Notes: generated by a model not told the origin, from the sequence alone. Positions 44,414 to 57,702 are shown, numbered from the whole stretch's first letter. The stretch: 63,786 nt of DNA, filler included, from Olpidium bornovanus S191 (GCA_017911155.1; 27 parts of 27 records of this genome joined end to end with filler, not necessarily neighbours in it), one strand, 5' to 3'. Program-made: numbers and translations.

Positions 44414-45779
44414 CCGCTCCAGATCGCGACGTAGTTTGTTCCATAGTTTTTTGCGAATTACCCGCTCAACCGCCGGGCGGTCACGTCGTGACTTCTATGT
44501 TTTTCGAGGTTTTGGTTGCCTGCCTTGCTGTTTTCCTCCGTGCAACCAAGTCCCAACCCGGACCACCGATCAGCTGCGACTCCGTCGGACCAGGGACTGT
44601 TCGGTGCAGACAACAGCAGAGTACGTCAAAGTTGCCTTGCTCGCTCCGGGAAGCGAGCAGCGAGCAGATGCTTTTTTGCGGTAGGTTTACGTACGCGGGT
44701 TCGGCCACCCCGCAACGGGTACCAGCTGCCCGAAAGCACGGCCAGCACATAAAGCCACAGGCACCGCCGGCCTGATCGCGCGAATACACTTGCCGACTGA
44801 GTAAGAGGGTGGTCTGCGCGTTCCCCACCCCCGTGACGCCTTACGGAAGTGGAAATTCCAGAAGGTTACGTGCCAAAAGGGAGAAATAGAAAAAGGAAGA
44901 AAAGTCGGCGGACAGCTGCCGGCGGCAGTCCAAACAAAAAGAAGAAAAAAAAAAGATATATTTCCGCTTTTACCCTCTTCCCATTTCCGGATTTTCTTTG
45001 TCGTTGGGTTGCGCGTCCCTATTAGAGCTGAAATGGCTCTCCTTGCACATTGCAAGTTCGATTTTTTAAGGCTTATAGCTTTTAACAAAGGGGCGGGCCC
45101 TCTTGTCGTTCCGTTCCGTTGTTCGCTCTACGCGAAAGTAGAAGATAGAGAGAGATATAAATATATATGTATATGGGGTTGTCTAAAATACTCCCAGCGG
45201 GTGAAGGTTTTTTTACTCCTAAGCCAAATGGCGGCCTCGGGCCGCCTATATAAATTGTGGGCCGCGTAAGTTTTGAACCGCCTTCAATTCTCCCAAGACG
45301 CCTTACGGTGGCCGTGGAGCCCTTCGCACTCTACCAGGACGCATCATACGGACCAGTAGGCTCAGTTTCTACCGCAAAATGCCGCCAAGGGCCCAAGGGC
45401 GGAAACCCCAGACAGAAAAGGCTGTAAACCTGCAAACTTTACGTCGCTGAAAATTTGCTACTCACATCTGCATCAGTCCTATCTGTCTTTGGCACCGGAG
45501 AGTTATCTGGATCACAGGAAACGCAAGGGTCATAAAAATGAGGCAGGATAGAAGCGAATTAGTCGAGCCACTTATATCTTCAGCTAGAACAGACGTTCCT
45601 TCGTTCCGCTGGCTGATTCTGTGCATTGTCAATCACTCCGATGTCAGCTTTTTTTTGTAGGACGGTTGCGCGCGCCATGNNNNNNNNNNNNNNNNNNNNN
45701 NNNNNNNNNNNNNNNNNNNNNNNTTAATTAATTAANNNNNNNNNNNNNNNNNNNNNNNNNNNNNNNNNNNNNNNNNNNN

Positions 45780-46709
45780 CATGGAGGCAAACTGCGACTG
45801 CCTCGCCGTGAGCATCGACCTTGTTGGGATGCTCGGGGCGGTGCTTGCAGAGGCGTTCGTCCCGAATAGTTGCTCCGACGTAGACATCGTTGGTGTGACA
45901 AACTTTTTTGGTGAAACGGCGCCAGGTGGACGGTGATACTGCCGTCCTTTCCTCAGTCGCGCGGATTTCCGCGGGTGGTGAGATCCTGACGCCGGCAGTA
46001 TAATGCCGGACGTCGCACCTAGCGCGCCGTTCGAGCAGGTCAGCGCACGATGTCGTGAACAATCTCCTCCCCAACCCCACGATGAACGGCGAAGAGTGGA
46101 AGAACATGCTCGATTGTAACCCAGAATGTTAAGAGGGTCGGACTGGTTGCAAAGATCTATTGGTTTGAGTTCGCCCATGACGACGTTGACGCCAGCCAGA
46201 ATCCCCGTCCGGAACTCCGCCATCCGGACCAATAGGCGCGTCAGCGCCTCGTATATGGCGTAGCCGACGATGTGCAGCGAGACGCACACCGAGATTATTG
46301 ATCCGTCAATTGGCGGGGTCTCCCTAATGCCTACGTCGACGATGAACGACAGTGCGCACAGGATCGCAGACATAACGTCGAAATGCTTTGTGCTCCGCTC
46401 GACAGCCAGGGCAAAGACAATGAGGGACGCAGCTCGCGCTAGCCAGAAGTGGGATACGTGTTTAAATACTAGCCAGGCAGTGGCGTCGCAGCAGATCTGG
46501 AAACACATTGTTGACAGGAACAGCCGGCCCGACTCCTTAGCGTTCTGCAACGCCGCTGATGCGAAGTAGGCTACGGCGGCGTACCACTCCACGCGGTCAA
46601 CCCTGGAATCCATTAACACGCAAAGGAACCACAGTGCAAGGACTTCCAAGTTCCTGTCCCGCAAGCGGAAGCCGTACCGCCACGACGACAAATCCGTCAT
46701 TTGCTCCAT
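45780..46709 (-). CDS. Hypothetical multi-pass membrane protein
   Basis: Several hydrophobic segments (VLALWFLCVLM, WYAAVAYFASAAL, AASLIVFALAV, MSAILCALSFIVDV, IISVCVSLHIVGYAIY). No family recognised. Confidence 0.4.
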
Positions 46710-49596
46710 CCCGGAGGACAGGAAGCCGTCAATTCAGCCCGAATGCCGAGCCAGCGGTTCGATAGGGTGTCGGCAGTCGCGAGCTCGCCGATGTCGAGCA
46801 GTGCGGCCCAAGTGCGTCGGCGTCTTCGGCTACCCAGCTGTCCACCGCGGGTCGTTTAGGGTCTGCGGCATTGGCAGGCCCCTAATCCTGAACGACTTCC
46901 TTGACGGTTGTAGGTAACGACGCGTCAGTGCCTTGGAAGCGTTCCGGCGACCGGCGCCGGCACTTCTTTGGAGAAACAGTCATACCGGCGGTTCCGGCGC
47001 CGCGCTCAATACGCCGAACGCGTCCACTTCCCCGCCGCTGCTGCTAGCGTTGTGATTCTCGCGGCTGCAGCGCTCGTCTCCAAATCCGTGTTCCTTCCTC
47101 CACTCCGACTGCAAGTGGCAGGTTGGCCGCGGAACTTCGGCCGACCTCCGGTTGTCCGCTCGTTTGGAGGCGGCGGCGGCGTGCAATGGACCGTGAACTG
47201 CGTTCCTTCCTTGCGGGCGTAGTCGTCGAACAGGCGGCGCGCGCACTGTTGCGACCAGACGGAGACAAAGAGAACGGAAGGAGACAGCAAGCGACGTGGC
47301 GACGGGAGTTCTCCTTTCCTCCGCCTGCTGTGACGGTCGGTGTGTATGACGAAGGGTTGTTGACGGGTGCCGGCCAGCGCCTGTGGAGATTCCAACACCC
47401 ACGGCTTCCGCCCCAATCCGCGCTTGCGGTGCGGTTTCGCCCGCAAACCACCAACAGAACTGCAGTTTTAGACCGTATTATGCGGTTCAAACCGCTTTCT
47501 GCAGCGCCGACTGCATCGTGGGGTAAGTGCCGAACTTTTATCACCAGAATCGCCGTTGCAAAGCTCGTTTATTGATGTGTTAACATAATTTTCTTTGCTA
47601 TCCAGTTATCCGTTACTATCACCGCCTTTATGTGCTGGGGACTCAGTGATGCATGGCAATCAGTTATATCGTCCGATATAAAAAAAGCCACTTACTAGGC
47701 ACTCTGGAATTGACAGAATGCACGCATCATGCGGGACAGAATCAGAAACTTTCTGACATGGCCGGCCCTCACTGCGGCGGATTCATCATCTCTCCTTCCA
47801 GCATGCTTGAGAATAATCACCGGTTTTATCAGCAACCGAGTTGTTGCGACGAGTTTTCTTGAACTTTTGCATCTCAGGAGACACCATGGTGTCGTCGTCG
47901 TCGTCGTCAGAGGAAACAGTGTGTAGGTTTGCTTTGGTTTGGTGAGGAATAAACACGAAATCACCTTTGAGCGCACCACCGGGGGAACAGCCCGCCAGGA
48001 GGGTCGTCAAAGACACGCGTCAATAAACGAAAGGATAAATCAAAAAGCATCGGAGAGCGCATCAGAGTGGCCAATGACGAGCACGCCGGCGGTCCAACCA
48101 TGCCAGCGACCCGACCGCGTCGGAGGCCGCTCTCGGCGACAGATCGACGGCCACTGCAGGCGAGTTTTGATGTACCTGCGGACCCCTTTAGTTGGCGCGC
48201 GCCAATTTGCATTCGTGGTGGCGCCGTGTGAACGCAGTCACTGTCAAGAACGCGACTTCCCTTGTCCTTTCCGAGAGGATGCAACACCGGCTGCATGGCG
48301 CCTGGATCTTCTCGGCTATATATCTGACCCAGAAACATTTCTTAAGGATACAGAAATCGTTTTGTTGGTCGTAAGACACTTTGCCGATTGTGGCCTGCAT
48401 AATTGATTTGGACGCCGCGGGCGATCATCGCGCGTCTAAAAATTTAGAACCAGCTCTATCCTTTGTTCCCTTCTTTGACGGAAAGTATTTCGGATTCCTC
48501 GTGGTTGGATCTGTTGCCAGAATTTGAGAGATATAATAATGTCCTTGCAAGAGACAGAGGCAAGTCTAGAGTCCCCAGAAAAAATGACACACGGGGTCTG
48601 GCCTCCATGGAAGTAATGATGATCTTTCCAGAAACATCCAGGAAGCCATATACAATAACCTTCATGTGGGGCCTGCGGGAAAACCTTTGTAAAGTGAATG
48701 GCCGGCCTTCCGGAAATCTCACTTCGCACTTTCCAGGGCTAAAGACCTATTTATCAGCTATTTGGCATCGACATTAACGTCGAACGCTGCTCTCGCCGAA
48801 GAGAATAAAACTCGTCCAAATACCATGCGCAGGGGTAAAGGAAGAATACCACCTGATGCCGAAACGAAGCTTATTGTTGGTGGCATGGGCACGCGAATAA
48901 GCGGAAGCGCGATCGGGCTCCAGCATGAATGCGCACGCGTACGAGAACGCTAGAAAACTAAGGACGGGCTTGGCCAAAATGTCCATGCTGATGTACGACC
49001 CCGCGAACTTCCCCTCCAACCCCCCCCCCTCGCCCCCGCCGTTCGGCCGCGGTTCTTTCTGACCACATTCTTGACGATAGTGCACTCATCAAGCAGAGCG
49101 TTGCGGTTTGGGATTAGGGCTGAGTCGGCGCAGCTGACGGGACCAGGCCGGGCCGGAAGACGGTTTTGGACGTGGTAAAGCTCGCCACCGGCTCGCCCGG
49201 CAGCCAGTAGTGCCGGAGTTTAGGTGTCCCGAGCTGCAGAAGCAGCAGCAGCAGCACGCGCGGGCGTGGGGCCTGGGACGGCCTACGACGACCCATCGCG
49301 CCACCGCGTTGATTTGGTGTTACCATGACTTCTCCGTCTCCTTGGTATAAAGCAAAACTTGTAACGATGCACGCTCGACTCCACTTTCCTCTGACTCCCA
49401 CGCCTCAACATTTTCATGGCCCCTTAACTTTTGCCCTGAGCTGCCCACTTGTACAGTCAGAAACAAGACACCATCTAGANNNNNNNNNNNNNNNNNNNNN
49501 NNNNNNNNNNNNNNNNNNNNNNNTTAATTAATTAANNNNNNNNNNNNNNNNNNNNNNNNNNNNNNNNNNNNNNNNNNNNACAGAAATTCAATTTAC

Positions 49597-51963
49597 CTGC
49601 ACATCCCTGACAATGTTAAGCCAGTTAACCGCCGCTTTCGACGAAGCGCAAACAACGATAACGAAGTCACTGACATCTCATCACACACGCTTAGGCATGT
49701 GTCAATGGCGGACTATAGCGTAGGAGATTAGCCTTTTTCACTATCAAACGGACAAAAAAAAACGCCAAGAACAGCAAATGTTCGGACATTCGTCGTCCCC
49801 CAATCCTCGTGAAGCTGGTGACCGGGAGTTTGATGGAGGAAACGTCAGTTATGATCCATCCCACCTAGCGCGGAGAAAACCAAATGTTATCAACTGACTT
49901 TCAACCCGATCGCTCCCGCGCGGATCTGACTCTTGAGTCCGGCCGGGTCGGAAGCGTTGCCCTTGCCGGTGAAACCGAAATTTAGCGGGATGTCGTCCGT
50001 TGCCTGCAGCATCATTCTGATGTGGCGATCGCCCGGCGTGCAAGTTGTGGCCTGTCCATTGTCAGGACATGGAGTAATGACTTCAGTCGGAAAAATATGT
50101 TGGGGGGCTTTGGCAATCGTTACTGTAAACAGCCGCATCTGTTCAATGTTCTACCTTCGTGCCGGTGTTCGGCCCCGTTCCGCCTCCGATCAGGGTTGTA
50201 ATGCCGCTGGAAATCGCCTGGTTATCCGACACGACGGTAAGAGGACCGAGATTTGAGCCAGTCCTAACTAAACTACTAAAGGGTTTAGTTCTCACCTCAT
50301 CGCATATCTGTGGGCAGATATAATGCACGTGGGCATCGATCGCACCCGCTGTGATTATCAAACCTTCCCCGGCAAGAACTTCAGTAGTTACGCCAGTGAT
50401 CATCTTCGGGTCCACGCCGTCCATGACATCCGGATTGCCGCCCTTCCCGATTCCCTGAATGAACCCGTTCTTGATGCCAATGTCGGCCTGCAATTTCCGA
50501 GGAAAATGCGTCCGCACTCATGAGCTCAGAAGAACCTCAGCCTTTGCCGCGCGGAGCTTGGTTAGTCCACGGTCACAACGACATCAAGGACGTTCGGGCT
50601 GACCTTATAGATGCCGGTGTAATCAACTATGAGGCAATTGGTGATGATCAAGTCCAAAGATTCGGCGTCCGTGGCTGAAGTTGCCTGGCCCATGCCTTCG
50701 CGAAGGACCTTGCCGCCGCCAAACTTGCACTCGTCGCCGTAGACGGTAAAGTCCTTCTCAACCTCCAGCCAAAGCGCCGTGTCCCCCAAGCGCACACGGT
50801 CGCCCACCGTCGGGCCGAACATGTCGGCGTACAGTTGGCGGTCGACCTGGCATGGATCAGCCGCCTGCGCTGGTTCACCGGATGGAACGTGCTTGAAGCC
50901 CAAAGCCTGCACCCTCTTCATTATCTCCGGGAGCCGCTTCTCATCCACCGCGCCGGACGCGAGTTTGTTGCCCCCGCTGATTACGCGCTTCCCACCGATG
51001 TCAACAAGGCTTACGGTCTTCGTGTCGCCGGGCTCGAACCGCACTGCTGTCCCTGTTGACAGACGGTATGTCGCGATTGCACAATTAAGGTGGGTTCACG
51101 CTTCCACGGACGTTAAATCGTGGTCACTATACCGGCCGCGATATCCAGGCGACGGCCATAGGCCAGCTCTCTATCGAAGGACAGACTCGCGTTCGTCTCG
51201 ATAAAGTGGTAATGCGAACCAATCTGCTCACAAGGTAGACATCAGCGCACAACTTTCTCTCGAGGCGTTGTAAAAGGTTACTGGCATGATGCTCGCGTAA
51301 CCACCTGAATGGGCCTATCGCCGGAGTTCGTGACTTTAAGCTTGTACCTCTTTCGATCAGCCACCAGGGTTATGCTGCCTTGACGGACGACGACTGCACC
51401 GGGCGCGTCTTCCGGCTTCTGCTCGTCGACAGGCGGGGGGAACAGCGACAGGTCGGGAACAGGAAGAAAGGACCCGTACAGGGCCAAGGCAAGATCGCCT
51501 GGCCGGGGCCCGGGAAGTGCGCCGGTTTGCGAAACGGACGGATGCGACGGTTGTCAGCGTCGAGGGCGGACTCTGATTTTATCGCGTTCTCAGACGGAAA
51601 TCCCAGACCCCCCCCCCCCCCCCCCCCCCCACCCCACACCCCACGATTACCGTCGTCCGTACTGAGCGGCTCGTGGACAGTGACGAGTTTCGACCCGTCG
51701 GGAAACGTCCCCTCGACCTGCACCTCCAGCAGGGTGTGGCACACGTCGGGCATCACGTGCCTGCGGCCGAGTATGCGCTTGCCGAGGTCCATCAGCTCGG
51801 CGACCGAGTGTTTCCCGTCGCGGATCAGCTCCACGAGGACTGACGCAAGCAGCGCGGTGGCCTCTGCGCAGTTGAGGCTCACGCCGCGCGCGAGCCTCTT
51901 CTGCGCCAGGGCCCCCACATTGTGGAGTAGGAGCTTGTCCAGCTCTTTCGGCGACAGGTGCAT
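49597..51963 (-). CDS. URE1: Urease (fused gamma-beta-alpha eukaryotic type), 3'-truncated
   Basis: [11 protein letters not shown]...[19 protein letters not shown]; GDRPIQV; [10 protein letters not shown]; [18 protein letters not shown]; [16 protein letters not shown]; ADIGIKNG; [13 protein letters not shown]; [10 protein letters not shown]; GAIGLK|LHEDWGTT. Many short introns. Confidence 0.98.
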
Positions 51964-52358
51964 TTCCACGCGCGTTCAGATTTCGTCGCTGCTGCTGCGG
52001 CTGCCCGCCTGCCTGCCTGCCTGTTGGCGGAGCGTGGCGGGCGGCGCGCTGCGTCAAAAAACCGGCAGGGGACCTGCGCCACCGGCGACAAGAAACTGGC
52101 ACGTGATCCGCGCCACAGGCCACGAGTGTTCAGATATGCGCCCTCGTTTTTGCCCCCCCCCTTTTTCTTTTTCTTTTTGACCGCCCGGCACCTCCCTGCT
52201 GTAACCGTCAACCATAGCAAATACATGNNNNNNNNNNNNNNNNNNNNNNNNNNNNNNNNNNNNNNNNNNNNTTAATTAATTAANNNNNNNNNNNNNNNNN
52301 NNNNNNNNNNNNNNNNNNNNNNNNNNNGCGCTAGCTGTCTTGATGTGCTACCACTTAC

Positions 52359-54645
52359 CTCGCGCACATATAAAAATACCTCCCCTGGTTTGGGCCCTTC
52401 TTGTTTACACGGAACTTGATGCACGGTTCCTTGTGTAGGCACAACGGCACCTGGCCGAAAATCAATGCAAGACGCATCAGTGATTTTTTGGGAAACTGGA
52501 AACGTCACCGTCAGACGGAGAATGTTAGGAAAATGTACAATCTTTTAATACCTCTGGCGGCTTGAAGATCGACTCCCAGGCACTCTTTGAAGCGGTCGAC
52601 GACGCGGTTGTCGAAACGGGCACGGCCTCTTCGATGGAAAAATCAGGACAACCTGCAGCGAAATGAAGAGCCTGCGACGTCGCGGCAGAACACGATTGGC
52701 TTCCTTCAGCCGAAATGCTGGCATCCGTGCTCTCATCAGCGGCTGACTTCGGAGGAGATTCTGTCCCAGCGGCAGGTCGAGAGTCAGCACCAGCAGCAGG
52801 TTCGGGTTGATCATAACCCAACAGAGCAGCGGCAGACCGCGTCGGTGTCAGATCAACTGGAGTGGGCTGGGCATCGGACAACAACGGTTGCGCGTGTAGC
52901 GTTGAGTTACACGGCGAGCCAGAGCCCGGCAAGTTCGTCACGTCGCCGGTCGAGACGACGGACGCAAAGAACGACGTGATCGCCTTCTGGTGAGCAGCGA
53001 TTCCGCCGCCTGGCGCCTTACGCGGAGCCTTCTTTTTTGAATGCTGGGCTGCCGCAGGTCTCGCTAAAAAACTCGGCACAACCTTGCGGGCCTCCGAAAA
53101 AGGCGTGAACGCAGCGGATGCTTTCTGCTCTAAAAACTTCCTGATGGTCTGCTGCTTCCCTGACAGCTCGTCGTAGTGCGCGCAACAGAGCGGCGGAGGA
53201 TTCTTGCACTCGAAGCTCTTCTCCAGGAGACTACCCAACAAGTCCAAATCCTGGCCTCCTTCCACCCGAATTCTCTCGTGGAATCGAGCCGAGACAGGAC
53301 AATGATCTGTTCTTCAACCGCAATGCATGACTTCATACTACCCCAACAGGCCGGCCGCGCTCCAAGTAAGAAGACAACTCCGCCGTCGCTTACCGCTGCC
53401 CATCACCGCCTGGTCAACGTTACACTCCTTGAGCGAAGGCAGCAACCCCGGGCTCACAATGATATAGTCGATTCTTGTACCGTAGTTGCCTCTTCTGTCG
53501 TTCGCCCAGTAGTCGCCCTACACATGAGTAATTCAGACGAATGAAGTATCGAAGAGAAAATCACTTGTTACACACCTCGCATCTATAAGGGTGTTCCAGC
53601 ATGTAAAAGCCCCTTTTTGCGTTGGGTGGAAGTGTCGGTAGAGGTCAACCATGGGACCACCAGGAGTCAAAAACTCGTGGATCCACTGCCGGGCAGGGTG
53701 TTCGCCAAATTCTGTCAGCTCGTTTTCCCGTATCGACCGTTCCGGGTCACAATGGTCGAGTGGTGCTGAGCAAGGCGATTAAAAAAGCAGTTTACCAAGG
53801 GCGGATCACGCAAGTTAGCCCAATAAAAGATGATACAAACCAGGGAAACACGCAGCTTTTCCCGCCGTGTTACGGATGCCAAATCCGATCTCGGCCATAA
53901 CCATAGGCGCAGAAACACCTCTACTCACTTCTGCAGACGTTCAGGTCACCTACCAGGACAACCTCCCTGTCAAGGTCCAGCAGAGATCTTACCCTAGCCT
54001 CCAGCCCGCGGTAGAACTTCATCTTGAAAGATCGCCGTTCAACACCACTCTCGTGCGGGGCGTACACGTTAAAAAGAACGAACCGCTGGAAATCCAGTAC
54101 AAGACAGCGTCCCTCGCTATCGATCTCTCGCCACTCTTGCGGACTTAAAGATAGGTCTCGCCACCACGGCGAATCGGGAGCGTACCCACCGCCGATGTTC
54201 TTCGAGGTTTCAGCCGCTGCACCCTCTGTCAGCGCTGAAGCTTTTCGCGCGCAGATGATACCCAAGAAACCGTCTTCTGCCTGGCCCAAGGGCCATTCAC
54301 AGCCCATGCAATCACGAAAATTGTGGCACGGTCAGGACGATAAATCGTGGGCGCGGGAGCAGCGATCTGCAGGACCTTCAACTCCCCCCGACTAAAAAAA
54401 GAACGTCTGCGCCCAGACGAAGGAGATGTGTTCATGACGTACCATGACGGGCACCAGGGGCTGGCGGACGTACGTCGCGACGCCACAGTAAGAGCCGGAT
54501 TTGCCCCTGTTGAAGGAATAGTACGCGTCGTAGCCTTCGACCAGGCCCAGCTCGGTCCCAACGCTCGATCTCGAAACCTTTGTCTTTCTCCCGCCCGGAA
54601 AACATAAACGACGGCAAAGCCCATCAGGAAAGGCGTCTTCTGCCA
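52359..54645 (-). CDS. APN2: AP endonuclease 2 (ExoIII family with C-terminal GRF zinc finger), both ends truncated
   Basis: TKVSR...VEGYDAYYSF...GSYCGVATY; IDSEGRC...LFNVYAP; VVLVGDLNV; MVDLYRHFHPTQKGAFTCWNT; NYGTRIDYI; MGSDHCPV; PLCLHKEPCIKFRVNKKGPNQGRYFYMCAR. Confidence 0.95.
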
Positions 54646-55306
54646 NNNNNNNNNNNNNNNNNNNNNNNNNNNNNNNNNNNNNNNNNNNNTTAATTAATTA
54701 ANNNNNNNNNNNNNNNNNNNNNNNNNNNNNNNNNNNNNNNNNNNNAGCATCCTTTGCCTGTACACGAACAAGCGTTTTTTGCTTTTCTACTGGTGGTGGC
54801 GCATTACGCGCAACTCGATACCGTGGGTTTCATCCCGGAGCTTGGTAAAGGAGACCTTTAGCCATGGTCAGAACGGTTTTGGAATTACTTCTCCCTTTTT
54901 TTTGGCCACCCTTTCTCCTGTGTCCCGTCCCTGTGTCCTGAAACTCTGTCGCCTCCTCCTCACCAAGTTTTTGCTTTGCTGTCGGTTGAAAACAACCAGT
55001 TTTTGCGCGGGCGTGTTGGAATTATTTTCACTCGGGCACCTTGATTTCTGTTGTCAGAGAGCTTTGCCTGCCTCCTCCTCACCTGTTAGAGCTTGCTACT
55101 GTTAAGACTCACTTGGGTCGGGTGACGATCGGTGACGATCGGTGAGGATTCTTGAGGAACGGTGAGGGCACAGAGGGACTCGGACGGGGGGGGAGGGGGG
55201 GTTGAAGAGCGGGTCGATTTTTGATTAATGGCTGGTGTCTACTGATTTTCTTAGGGCTGTCTACTGGTCGTGTCTACTTTCGCCGAGTATATACTACATC
55301 TCACAG

Positions 55307-55753
55307 GAGGAACGTGTTCCGGATTACTTGCCATTAGATGACGAAACCTTTTGCGGACGGCCTGGTGAGACAGAACGAACTGACGACAGTCATCGACGCC
55401 GGCGCTTTTGCAATATCAATCGAATACAATACCGGCTCCCAGGTGCTGATTTCCCCGACGCGCGGGCGCCTTTCTGCCATCTGCGGAAAGAGCCCGCTTC
55501 GCCACTGCATTCCATCCACCTCTCGGACGCGTCGGCGATAATCGGCCACATCCTTGTTCTTCCAGGGAACACCAGACTGTTCCGGTTCATCTGCACCGTG
55601 CGCGCAGCTCAGCTGCGAGGGTCAGAGGAGTTCCGCACCGTGCTGATGCTCAGAAACCGGAGGCCGACGGACGATGAAATGATGTTTTTTGCTAAATTTC
55701 CGAATTTGTGCTACGTCGTCGAAGACCCAAGGCGTGCGCGGGACCTCGAAAAG
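55307..55753 (+). CDS. Exon of a calcium-activated (BK/Slo-type) potassium channel, RCK2-like domain
   Basis: CAG|...IIGHILVLPGNTRLFRFICTVRAAQL...FRTVLML...FFAKFPNLCYVVEDPRRARDLEK|GTATG resembles Slo GHVVVC...LRNLVMPLRASN...HIVFV...[22 protein letters not shown]. Confidence 0.55.
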
Positions 55754-56196
55754 GTATGAAAGGATCGAGAGTTTCTTTAGCTGGCAAAACTGGAGGCAAA
55801 ACTGGATGACAGAGGCCTGATGGGGGCTGCCTCCCCAGGCCGGGCATATACGCTACCGCAAAGATTGCCATATTTTCGGAGCTCGACGTGTTCGGCGAAG
55901 GCTTCCTGTTGAGATTATCGCTGTTTTGCATCATTATTATTATGTATTTATGTTCTTCTTTTGTCTCCCTTCTGTTCTCTTTCTCTTCCTGGACTTTTCC
56001 CGGACTTTCTCCGTCGTTTTCTGTTAATTTTGCGCCGTTTGACGATTTTGGGCAAATTACCCTAGCCTCCCAGTGCGTTGGAAAAGGGGGGGGGGGNNNN
56101 NNNNNNNNNNNNNNNNNNNNNNNNNNNNNNNNNNNNNNNNTTAATTAATTAANNNNNNNNNNNNNNNNNNNNNNNNNNNNNNNNNNNNNNNNNNNN

Positions 56197-57702
56197 CATG
56201 CTCACGCAAATGCCGCGCTTCTTGAAAAAGAGAGGCAAACGATGGCGGCTCAAATGCGGCAGGCGGAGGCCTTACTTCAGCTGGAACGGGAGAAGTACCA
56301 GCAGCTTGCCGAATCATCGGCCGTGCGGGCGAACGAGCTGAAGGAGCGCGGGGCGGCCGCGGCCAAGGCCGAGCGCGAAGTCAACGAACTCACTGAGCTA
56401 CTCAACGAAGAGAGACAAGCGATCGCGTCTCTGACGCGGGAGCGGGAGGCGCGCGGGGCCGCCGCGGCCAAGGCCGAGCGCGAAGTCAAGGAACTCACTG
56501 AGCTACTCAACGAAGAGAGACGAGCGATCGCGTCTCTGACGCGGGAGCGGGAGGAACTTCAAGGAGAACGGCAAAAGTTTGAGCAGCTCGCCGCGGAGGC
56601 CGAAGCGAAGGAGTCGGCGCGGGCGGGAGAGATGGAGGAGCGGGACCGCGAGACGGCCGAGAACAAGGCTCGTTTGGAGGCTCTATCGGCAGAACTCCAG
56701 GAGGAACGGGAGAAGGGCGAACTGCTCGCCGGCGAGGCTGAAGCATTGAAGAAAGGGCCGGTGCGCGCGGGAGAGCTGGCTGAGCGCGAACGTCAGCTGG
56801 AAGAGAGCGAGCGTCAGCTGGAAGAACGCGAACGTCAGCTGGAAGAGCGCGAACGTCAGCTGGAAGAGCGCAAAAGTCAGCTGGAGGAGCGCGAACGCCG
56901 GACAGCCGAGACCACGGTCTTTTTGCAGTGCGACGTTTCGGACCTTTTCGAGTGCCTGGAAGTGGCGAAGCTAGCACTTTCCTGCGCGGAGCTGGCTTTT
57001 GAGCAAGAACAGAAAAAGAGCGAGCGGCCCGCCGCCGAGATCGAAGCATTGCAGGAAAAGGCGGGGCGGCCCGGAGAACTGGAGGAACGCGAAAGCAGGC
57101 TGGATGAGCGCGAACGGGAGCTGGAGGAACGCGAGTGCGAGCTGGAGGAACGCGAGCGCCTGACGGCCAAGACAAAGCGTCAAGTGGAGGAACTTGCCGA
57201 GCGCCTCGAATACGAGAGGCAGGCGGTGGCCCGCGCGGAGGAGGCAGCAATCCAGCAACAACGCGAGAAGGACGAGCAGCTCGACGCTGCGGAGGCATCT
57301 CAGCGGCAAGAAAGGGAAAAGAGTGAGCGGCTCGCCAGTGCGGAGGCAGCAATCCAGCAACAACGCGTGGAGGATGAGCAGCTCGACGCTGCCGAGGCAT
57401 CTCAGCGGCAAGAAACGGAAAAGAGTGAGCGGCTCGCCAGTGCGGAGGCAGCTCAGGTGCAAGTAAGGGAAAAGGACCAGCAGCTCCTCCCCGCTGAGGC
57501 CGCAATACCAAGGGAAGAGTCGGCGTGGGCAAGTGATCCGGAGGAGAGCGAACACGGGACGGCGACCAAGGATATCCCAGAGCGTGATGTTGAAAAACTT
57601 GCCGAGCTTCTCGAAGAGGCGAGGAAAGAACAAGCAATGGGTGGGCAGCTCGTCCGAAATATTAAGGGAAAGAGTCGTTGGCGGGCGGGGCGACGGAGCT
57701 GA
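56197..57702 (+). CDS. Glu/Arg-rich coiled-coil repeat protein, 5'-truncated
   Basis: Uninterrupted ORF of about 500 codons with (ERQLEER)n 21-nt repeats, a 105-nt duplication (56356/56461) and a 102-nt duplication (57241/57343). Confidence 0.75.
   Translation, partial: HAHANAALLEKERQTMAAQMRQAEALLQLEREKYQQLAESSAVRANELKERGAAAAKAEREVNELTELLNEERQAIASLTREREARGAAAAKAEREVKELTELLNEERRAIASLTREREELQGERQKFEQLAAEAEAKESARAGEMEERDRETAENKARLEALSAELQEEREKGELLAGEAEALKKGPVRAGELAERERQLEESERQLEERERQLEERERQLEERKSQLEERERRTAETTVFLQCDVSDLFECLEVAKLALSCAELAFEQEQKKSERPAAEIEALQEKAGRPGELEERESRLDERERELEERECELEERERLTAKTKRQVEELAERLEYERQAVARAEEAAIQQQREKDEQLDAAEASQRQEREKSERLASAEAAIQQQRVEDEQLDAAEASQRQETEKSERLASAEAAQVQVREKDQQLLPAEAAIPREESAWASDPEESEHGTATKDIPERDVEKLAELLEEARKEQAMGGQLVRNIKGKSRWRAGRRS

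Noticed and set aside
47930-49479. Several 70-155 aa ORFs on both strands
   Set aside because: No family motifs or consistent splice pattern found.
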